Shown here piece after piece: positions 55,597-64,000 of a stretch of 64,000 nucleotides of DNA. Source of the stretch: Octopus vulgaris (lineage: Eukaryota); contig OX597824.1 in the NCBI GenBank assembly GCA_951406725.2, forward strand, positions 79,360,001 to 79,424,000, given 5' to 3'. Position numbers and translations under genes: made by a program. Under the pieces are notes generated by a model, which worked only from the letters and a program-made list of their open reading frames with translations, had not been told where the DNA came from and did not search any database. Positions within the stretch are counted from its first letter, which is position 1, and each line of letters starts with the position of its first letter.

Positions 55597-56111
55597 TTAG
55601 TAAAGACATTCCAGCAGTGACTATCTTAACTTCCTGTATAAACTATTCTATAACTATGACTACACTAACAAGTGTCTTTTTTTTTTTTTAAGGTGGTAAA
55701 TGCTGTGATTTGAGGAAGATTTGGTTGTGTTTTTATTGTAGGTCCGAACGCCCTCGAAGAGGTTCCAGCAGCCCCAGATGTTTATAAACAGGGTAGATGA
55801 GTCACCTAGTGTGCCTCTATGTGATCATTCGATCTACTATAAATGACAGCTAACTTAGTAAAGACATTCCAGCAGTGACTATCTTAACTTCCTGTATAAA
55901 CTATTCTATAACTATGACTACACTAACAAGTGTCTTTTTTTTTTTAAGGTGGTAAATGCTGTGATTTGAGGAAGATTTGGTGGTGTTTTTATTGTACGTC
56001 CGAACGCCCTCGAAGAGGTTCCAGCAGCCCCAGATGTTTATAAACAGGGTAGATGAGTTACCTAGTGTGCCTCTATGTGATCATTCGATCTACTATAAAT
56101 GACAGCTAACT
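55597..56111. repeat. Recent tandem duplication (~258 bp x2)
   Basis: Units 55597-55854 and 55855-56111 are near-identical. Confidence 0.9.
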
Positions 56112-56249
56112 CACACTCAAATTACAACCTACTAGCTTTAAAAGGGCATGTAGAATAATAATACGAAGCAGAGTTCTCTAGACATAAGTGATCATCACAG
56201 CTGAAATACTTTAAATCATAGGATTCCGCAAATAGGGTTCACTTGGAGT

Positions 56250-56443
56250 CAAGGCTGATTTGGAACCCAACCTAGGCCCCCATTCTACGGCGTTCGCCGC
56301 TGGAATAGGGAGTGGTTGGAGATCACACGGTCGTTAGCCTCAAATCGCCAGGTCTGGTCGGCGTTTGTGAGAGATGCAGTATTGAGGATGAATGAAGCCA
56401 GCTCAACCCACCCCGGGTGAATGCTGTCTCAAGATCAAGAAGA
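56250..56443 (+). mobile_element. 5'-truncated RTE-like LINE 3' end
   Basis: KADLEPNLGP(frameshift)FYGVRRWNREWLEITRSLASNRQVWSAFVRDAVLRMNEASSTHPG*; short caag-type tail; direct repeat ttggagt at 56243-56249 and 56444-56450. Confidence 0.7.
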
Positions 56444-56989
56444 TTGGAGTTAAATCAAAACTGGAGCAGAGAAATCCAAATAATTTATAACCTGAGTAGC
56501 AGGGCAATCCAATTAGCTTTACACCAAGAGTAAGGCAATCCAAGGTTTGAAATCTGAGTAGAACAATCCAAGAAGGTTTACAATCAAGGTATGATAAACC
56601 AAAAAGGTATATATAATGAGAGTAGAATAATCCAATCGGATATATAAACCAAAGGGTTTATAACCAAAATGTATGAGTAGAGCAACTTTGATAAAACTGT
56701 TGGTCGAACAATTAGCGATGCAGAACATTTTAAAAGATGTACTCCTGGATATAAAGCAGTAACCACAAGAAAAACATGACTGTCAGTATTGAAATGTTCC
56801 ATCTTCGATATAATCACAATGACAAGAATAAAACGTAGCTCTTCTTCCTAACAATAGATTATCAAAACAGACACAAGCACATGTACACATGCGTATATAT
56901 GAGCACGTAAACACAGGTGTACATATGTATAGTGAGGATTTTTCTTATTTCCCTCATACGTTCTTTATATTTAGTTTGGAACAATATCG

Positions 56990-57370
56990 GGATCTTTTAT
57001 AAACGGCAAAGTGTGTTTCTGTGTGTCAGTGTGCGTGTCCTTTATACAAATCCACAATTTTTCAGTTCGAGAGCTCGCACTTTCTATGGTCATTCAAAAC
57101 CGTCCAAGGGTGGTCGTGCACATCTTTACATTTCCCCAGTCATCCCGCAAAGCCATTAAAAAAATCAATAGAAGTGACTTTTTTGCGAATTTTTTATCCA
57201 AAACCCAATCAAAATGCCCGAAACTTGATACGCCAATTGAATGCCAGCTAGCTGTATGTGATTGGTCGAGATTTGAGACAGTACTCGCGTGTATGTGCGC
57301 ACGCACGCAGCTGTATTTTTAGTTACCTAGAAATTATGTTAAAAACTGCCGTTCAAACCGTTAAAGATCC
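56990..57370. mobile_element. GGATC-TIR MITE with a different interior
   Basis: Perfect 8-bp TSD caatatcg (56982-56989, 57371-57378); ends GGATCTTT / AAAGATCC; last ~55 bp shared with the 27.5-kb and 44.3-kb copies. Confidence 0.8.
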
Positions 57371-57599
57371 CAATATCGTTTTTAAATCCCTAAGTCTGAT
57401 GTTTTACAACCTCATTTTCAAATTAGACTATTTTAATAACATATTGTCCGTGAATTCTGTGGTGAATCACAAAACGTCTTGGGGATAACTGAAAAACTCA
57501 TGTCATCATCGGCTTAAAATGATGTGACAGTAGATCATGGTAGATTTCATGACACCATCACACATACACACGACGTGTGATGTGTGTCTGCTTACTTAA

Positions 57600-58005
57600 G
57601 TTTGTATCTTGCATATATGTAAAACTCCCATAGCATTCTTTTTGTAGAATTCTATATAAAACTGTAACGCTATCAACTAGAGTCTTTCTATCCCAATATT
57701 ATTTTATATAAGCTGAAGTTATCCCTTGTTAATGCATAGTAAACTGTCGTTAAAGTGTTGTACTTGTATGTCCAATCTAACAGTTTGAATCGGGAAGTTT
57801 ACAACGTTCACGTTCACATCGGTAATCTGAGCTACATTTTGTGGTTAGCCAATTTGTTTGATGTTAAAGAGATTTTGCATCCTGGTGTAAATGTAATATA
57901 CTTTAACAATGCGTTTATGGTTAGGTGTGGTAAAGCTTGTATTCTGATATATGAATTTTCTCTAGCGATATATTCATCCACTATCAAAGAGTTACTATAG
58001 TATAC
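57600..58005 (-). pseudogene. Decayed Penelope-like element GIY-YIG endonuclease region
   Basis: Minus strand ~57820-57723 translates YRCERERCKLPDSNC*IGHTSTTL*RQFTMH*QG, matching the PLE pattern YxC..C..YIG(H)T.TTL..R.T.H; several stops. Confidence 0.6.
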
Positions 58006-58009
58006 TAAA

Positions 58010-58485
58010 AGCGTGGCTTGTATACTAGTGGGTACAGTATCATTGTGGATGAATTTGCTCTTAGCCTTCTATTAGGGTGAGATAGTTCGCTCTGAGCGAC
58101 GAGGCACATGCGGCTTAACAACATGATCTCTCCAACCAGCTGTTTTCTACAAGTGGTTTTAAAGCACCATGTTGTTCTTTTCCCATTAAGCCTGTCACTT
58201 TAGTGCCACCATACAATCGTTTTCTCTTGTCAGAGGACGTGTCCGATCCAGTTCCAGTGTCTTATTTCAACACTGATGCTATTGATGCCCATGGTCGTTT
58301 CAAATGTGTTATTTCGGACTTGATGTCGAGTATTCTCCTTGAACATGTGAAACGAAAGCTGTCCATTGTTTTTGCTTCCATTTTTGTAAAGTTTCCAGTT
58401 TTCACATCCGCAGAGTCAATAATGGTCAGACCAATGTCTTGAAAACCTTCGTGTTGCGGCCTATAACTTCGCTTCTCCATACACT
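58010..58485 (-). mobile_element. Degenerate CR1-group LINE fragment (copy 1)
   Basis: Similar to 59110-59425; RRLR-type C-terminal motif near 58060-58080. Confidence 0.5.
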
Positions 58486-58576
58486 AGTTAAATCGCAATG
58501 TGTGGATGACAGCAAAGTCATAAGCAGGGCAAAACAACTCGATCTAAATCCCATTCAACAGTGATGGACATCGATG

Positions 58577-58973
58577 GGCGCGAAATGCTTAGCGGTATTT
58601 CGGCTGCCGTTACGTTGTGAGTTCAAATTCCGCCGAGGTCGACTTTGCCTTTCATCCTTTCGGGGTCGATAAATTAAGTACCAGTTACGCACTGGGGTGG
58701 TCGATGTAATCGACTTAATACCTATGTCTGTCCTTGTTTGTCCCCTCTATGCTTAGCCCCTTATGGGTAATAAAGAAATAGGCATTTCGTCTGCCGTTAC
58801 GTTGAGTTCAAATTCCGCCGAGGTCGACTTTGCCTTTCATCCTTTCGGGGTCGATAAATTAAGTACCAGTTACGCACTGGGGTCGATGTAATCGACTTAA
58901 TACCTATGTCTGTCCTTGTTTGTCCCCTCTGTGTTTAGCCCCTTGTGGGTAATAAAGAAATAGGTATTTCGTC
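58577..58973 (+). mobile_element. SINE family B (Meta-like central domain), tandem dimer
   Basis: Two head-to-tail units with GAGTTCAAATTCCGCCGAGGTCGACTTTGCCTTTCATCCTTTCGGGGTCGATAAATTAAGTACCAG. Other copies at ~1-95(+), 8660-8860(-), 25770-25940(-), 26113-26330(+), 42240-42459(-), 50744-50948(+). Confidence 0.85.
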
Positions 58974-59109
58974 ATTTTTGTAGCTTAACCACGTCACGTT
59001 GAAGCGTCATATTCTCATTGCAGCTTCTCCACCATTCTTCCCGCTTGTTCTTGCCAATGGTTCTTCATTATGTGATTTTAGAGAGCCCTGTTGCTCTTTT
59101 CCTCCTCTG

Positions 59110-59425
59110 GTTACCACTTTAGTGCCACCATACAATCGCTTTCTCAATTTTGTCGGGTGACATGTCCGATCCAGTTACAGCGCCTTCATCCTATTTCGTG
59201 ACTGATCTTACTGATGCCCGTTGTCGTTTCAAATGTGTTATTGTGGACTCTTCGCAGCCACTTCATGTCGAGTATTCTCCTTGAACATGTGAAATGGAAG
59301 CTGTCCATTGTTTTTTTCTTCCATTTTTATCACTTTCCAGTTTTCACATTCATAGAGTTAATAATGGTCTGACCAACGTCTTGAACAGGTACAGCTTCGT
59401 TTTACAACACATACCTTTGCTTCTC
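59110..59425 (-). mobile_element. Degenerate CR1-group LINE fragment (copy 2)
   Basis: Translates KTKLYLFKTLVRPLL, like the CR1 LYKxLVRPxLEY motif; abutted by a SINE at 59426. Confidence 0.55.
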
Positions 59426-59738
59426 CATAGCCCCGGGCCGACCAATGCCTTGTGAGTGGATTTGGTAGACGGAAACTGAAAGAAGCCTGTCGTATATATG
59501 TATATGTGTGTATATGTATATGCGTGTGTGTTTGTGTTTGTCCCCCTAGCATTGCTTGACAACCGATGCTGGTGTGTTTACGTCCCCGTCACCTAGCGGT
59601 TCGGCAAAAGAGACCGATAGAATAAGTACTGGGCTTACAAAGAATAAGTCCCGGGGTCGATTTGCTCGACTAAAAAAAGGCGGTGCTCCAGCATGGCCGC
59701 AGTCAAATGACTGAAACAAGTAAACGAGTAAAAAGAGT
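59426..59738 (+). mobile_element. SINE family A, 5'-truncated young copy
   Basis: Near-identical to the reverse complement of most of 26793-27191. Confidence 0.85.
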
Positions 59739-59781
59739 ATACCTTATCCATGGATCTGCTTGAAAACCCTTAAATATCTGC

Positions 59782-60030
59782 AGAATGGAGTGAGAAAGTC
59801 TTTTTATTACATGAATTTGCAATTGTTTCATATGAATTCGACCTCATGAATACTCTTACTATATTATGCAAACAACTTTTATACGTGATTCTGAAGAGTC
59901 GAATTTGATGCGTGACAATGACACCTCAATATTTGCTTACATTATTGCATGACATAGCGATATTCATAAGATCGAATCGAGATGAAACAATTGCAAATTA
60001 ATCTAATTAAAGGACATGTTTACACCATTC
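59782..60030. repeat. Imperfect ~70-bp inverted repeat (MITE-like)
   Basis: gaatgg...aatttgcaattgtttcat...tcga..atgaata versus tattcat..tcga...atgaaacaattgcaaatt...ccattc. Confidence 0.6.
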
Positions 60031-60081
60031 TTCTTCGATCGATCGATCGATCGATATACGGACGGACAGATATACACATAA

Positions 60082-60112
<31 letters not shown>

Positions 60113-60378
60113 TGTACATATACATATGCACCATACTACTTGCATGACTTAATATTAAATTAAGTGGGTTTATAAGGATGGTTAATGAGAGGGAAAATTT
60201 AGTAAGCTCACTTAATCGATAAAAACCTTAAAACAATTGAAAAATACTAAAGATTGGAAAAACAAGAAAAGTATTTTTGTTGTTTTAAATTCAACATTGT
60301 GCCAAAAACAGGAACAGGGAATGGTGCCACTGAAATATTAAGGAAGAGCTTAATATATACGAATAAGGGACAGCATGC

Positions 60379-60804
60379 GGAAAGACCCCCCCCCCATTTT
60401 CTCCCAAATTTGTTTCTTTTTGTAATTTTTTTTTTGTAAAAAATCCCCGTTTTCGGATACGGAGGTTCCGGAAAATTGCCAAAGATCGGCATTGCGAAAC
60501 CACCCCCCCCCCCCCAGCTTCTTCGATTTTAACTTTTTTCCCCAACCCTAACCCTTACCCTAAAACACTAACCGTAAGTACAGAAATGTTTTGAAATTTT
60601 TGTCCGAATCATGATAATTGTAAGAAAAAGTTTAAAATGAAGGAAGAGGGTAATTTTGGAGGGGATAATTTACAAATGTCGATTTTTACCTTTTTTTTTT
60701 TTTTGCAGATTCGTATTCCCGTAGCCGAAAAGGGGGGTGGGGGTTGTGTAAAAAAAATATTTTTAAGGGTGTTTTTTTTTGGGGGGGGGGTCGGAAGTCT
60801 TGCC
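60379..60804. mobile_element. Second GG-terminal MITE family with 8-bp TSD and telomere-like repeats
   Basis: TSD cagcatgc (60371-60378, 60805-60812); ends GGAAAGAC / GTCTTGCC; poly-C and poly-G subterminal tracts; cccaaccctaacccttaccctaa at ~60541-60563. Confidence 0.75.
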
Positions 60805-60855
60805 CAGCATGCAATATAGTATGCTATCTTGCAACATCTGATGTTTAGCAGATAT

Positions 60856-60900
<45 letters not shown>

Positions 60901-60954
60901 CGGAGATGTACTCGCATAGCAAGTAATTTGATCTGAGATCGTGTGCTGAAACGA

Positions 60955-61215
60955 AAACAATTGCAGCGTGGAAGGTGTTTATAAGCCATTTAAGAAACAC
61001 ACAAAAGCCGTTCGATTCACTTCAACATTTAAGTTTAATTTGTCAAAATATCTTCGTCGCCTTGAAACCGCGACCTGTTTACTGACAAAATTTCGTACTT
61101 TTCAGTGAACAGGTCGCGGTTTCGAGGCGAGTGACAAATTTAAATGTTGAAGTGAATCTAACGGCTTTTTGTGTTTTTAAATGGCTTATAAACACCTTCC
61201 ACGCTGCAATTGTTT
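60955..61215. mobile_element. PLE-type foldback element with inverted G3-C8 hammerhead variants
   Basis: Arms 60955-61086 and 61102-61215 are inverted. Minus copy GUCA-GUAAACA-G-GUCGC..GCGAC-GAAG-AUAU-UU-UGAC (61042-61086); plus copy UCA-GUGAACA-G-GUCGC..GCGA then a deletion (61102-61135). Confidence 0.65.
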
Positions 61216-61267
61216 ATATATATATTTTTCCTCTGTCTTCCCTTCTCGGGATCTTTCCTTCTCCTTT

Positions 61268-61302
61268 GTTTCCGACGAAGAGCGCCGCTCGAAACGTTAA
61301 AC
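61268..61302 (+). ncRNA. Minimal hammerhead-like motif (U4 replaced by C)
   Basis: GUUU-CCGACGA-A-GAGC GCC GCUC-GAAA-CG-UU-AAAC; palindromic stem III AACGUU; element flanked by (TA)n. Confidence 0.6.
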
Positions 61303-62357
61303 CCTCCTTCCCTTCTTTCCTGAGCGTCAAATAATACTTTAATTGTTCCACGTCCTCGCGTTGCTGTGTTTTTTTCTGTGTTTTCTTGTTTGGATTAACT
61401 ATATATATATATATATATATACACGCACACACACACGCATACATATATATATACGTATGTATGCATTTATATATGTGGGGTGGGGCTGTTACTCTAGAGT
61501 TTCCACAGAGTGCAATCACCTCCTCCTGGGTAAAGTGAGGCACGTCACAAGACAATAATGGTGAAAACAGTGTAGAAAGAATATGTATATCATATGCATA
61601 CATGGGAGAGAGTGTGGATGTGTTGAAATACATATACACTCAGGCAAATGTATGGTTGTATGGTTAAGAAGTTTGCTTTCAAATCCCATAGTTGGGTGCT
61701 TGAATACCTTGGGCAATTATGTTCTAATATGGCCTTCAAGTTGTGTGTGTGTGTGTATTAAAAATATAGATAGATAGATAATGCTTTTTACAGGAGTGTA
61801 AAAACAAGTGTGGTTGATGTCCTCCTTTTATGTTCCATAACTGAGCAATCTGACAAATAAAGACCAATAAAATATGCACCAGACTGAAATAAATCCAAAA
61901 GTTTGCCAGTATGATTGACTAAATAAATTAAAAGTAGTGTGTGACAGCATGGCTACAACCAATACATAGAAAAAAAATGAATACACACATACATACAGTG
62001 TAGAAACACTGCCAGATCTGACTGGCCTGGTGCAGCCTTCGGGCTTGCCAGACCCCAGTTGAACCGTCCAACCCATGCTAGCATGGAAAGCGGACGTTAA
62101 ACGATGATGATGATGATGATACATGTTCCATAATGCCAACATGTTGTACAAGAATGAAAGTGCTTCACAAACACAGACAGACAATAATAATAATATGTAT
62201 TGTAAAAGAAATGAATATATAATAGTGTGTTGTTTTTAAATGGCAAACCATCAATCTACCACCACTAGCTTTAACAAAAGATTTCAAAGGAATGTGTTAT
62301 TTCCATTTTTGCTAAGAGAAAGAGATGTTTAGATATGTAGCTGGATAGCCAGACACC

Positions 62358-62359
<2 letters not shown>

Positions 62360-62414
<55 letters not shown>

Positions 62415-62536
62415 GGATGGATGGATGGATGGATGGATGGAATGACAGATGGATGGATGGATGGATGGATGGATGGATGGATGGATGGATGGATGGATGG
62501 ATGGATGGATATAGAAGCAAATAGACAAATAAAGAC

Positions 62537-62599
<63 letters not shown>

Positions 62600-62600
62600 C
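62360..62600. repeat. (GATA)n/(GGAT)n compound microsatellite
   Basis: Directly visible; source of the SIYL/SIHP ORFs. Confidence 0.95.
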
Positions 62601-63119
62601 ATACAGACAGATAAGCTGACAGATAGACAAGCAGATAACCATATTGATAAACATGAAATGCCAGACTGACAGACAGATTCTGGATAAGATGGTGAAACAA
62701 ATCGATAGACATAAGATACAAATGTGATTGCCTTGTTGTGCGTAGAGGCAGGCTTCCATCGTAAAGGTTGCTTGTGTCTAGACATAAAAGCCATACCAAT
62801 ATTGGGAAAACATGTTGACCTAGTTGTAATTCCTATTCACACCTACATAATGCCTTGAACTACCTTCACCTTCTGTGAGAAACTGCTAAGAGGTTCTTAG
62901 CAAAACCATTTTGACCCAAAACATCTTATAAAACAAAAACAAAGAAAAACATCAAGCCAATGAGAGACTCTGCATGGTTTTCTGCATAGTCACATATGAA
63001 TGGGCATATTTCGCTCAAAGCACACTCTAGAGTTTTAATTGTAGGTCACTATTTCAAAACTGAGCTGAATCTAAATGATTACAAACAAATGCATGTGTGT
63101 GTGTGTGTGTGTTGATCAT

Positions 63120-63350
63120 TTAATGTGGCTGGAACTAGCAGAAGAGAGAGACCCAGGAAAACATGAGATGAAGTGGTGAAGGCTGACCTCAAGACCCTGA
63201 ACCTGATAGAAGAGAGGAACAAGGAGCAGGACCACTAGTAATATGAGGTTCTTGAAAGACTTGTCCTCCCCAGCGAAACACACATACACCTATATATACA
63301 TATGCACACACACACACACATATACAGTGGACATTAAACGATGATGATAA
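63120..63350 (+). mobile_element. RTE LINE 3' relic
   Basis: RPRKT*DEVVKADLKTLNL matches the RTE C-terminal RPRKTWxEVV..DL motif; ends ggacattaaacgatgatga. Confidence 0.6.
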
Positions 63351-64000
63351 TACACACGTACATGCTTAACACGTGGTTAAGAAGTTTACATTGGAACCAT
63401 GTGGCTACAGGTTCAATCCAACCACTTGGAACTTGTTGGCTGGCATCGGTTACTACAGTTGCAAGTTGACCAATACCTTGTAACTGAAAGTGATGAACAG
63501 AAACTTTGAGAAGCCCATTATAAGTGCATGTGTATACATAAATATGTATGTATTTGCATGAGTGAGTTCATATTTTCCCTCAACCTGTTTGCTGGTTGTA
63601 CACAAAAGCATCACTGTTCAAACAGACAGTGCTGTTTACTTGTAGTCCAATGCAAAAGCATGCTTGGGCTTCTTGACATGTCACACGATCTTTGTAAAGA
63701 AAGGGGCTGTTCAAACAGCATCGTTTGTTTCCAAATCTCCATGTAGCCATGTCCAAGCTGTTCACTGTTCAACAGACAAGGAGGTGGGGGTACTTCTTTG
63801 CTTGAAAACAGAAGGAAGTTGGTATCAGGAAGAGCAGCTGGCCACAGAAAACTCAGCTCCAGACATATTCTCATCTGGTCAATGTAAGTATGGAAAAGAG
63901 GATGTAAGAACAATGACAGGGTTTCATACAGTTTCCATTTACCAAATTTCATCCTCAAGACATTTATCACTTTGAAACTAGAGTAGAAAGTACTTGCCCA

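Noticed and set aside
56500-56870. Possible second GIY-YIG relic (VGRT..EH-like)
   Set aside because: Too degenerate to support by eye.
62271-62799. Three overlapping ~160-aa ORFs (SIYL/SIHP repeats)
   Set aside because: Translations of GATA/GGAT microsatellite.

Overview
AT-rich, microsatellite-rich eukaryotic DNA with no recognisable complete protein-coding gene. The repeat content (three tRNA-derived SINE families, RTE-tailed SINEs, TTAA- and TA-flanked MITEs) looks like a coleoid cephalopod, most likely Octopus (inferred from recalled repeat consensus sequences, not from a search). Most ORFs in the supplied track are microsatellite or repeat artefacts. By eye, CpG is scarce at ~1-31 kb and after ~61.6 kb and common at ~31-61.5 kb. 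This suggests the 5' part of a large minus-strand gene, with candidate promoters near 46.7 kb and 37.2 kb and short candidate ATG exons at 17737-17776 and 4268-4367. The main signal is a set of about ten hammerhead-ribozyme-like motifs from several sequence families, often inside foldback elements or next to (TA)n tracts. Their cores show 3-8 covariation (C3-G8, U3-A8, G3-C8). One apparently intact canonical-core hammerhead (41342-41405, minus strand) forms the loop of a ~130-bp inverted repeat. A decayed Penelope-like GIY-YIG relic lies at ~57.6-58.0 kb. Coordinates of degenerate repeats are approximate (+/- 10-20 bp).
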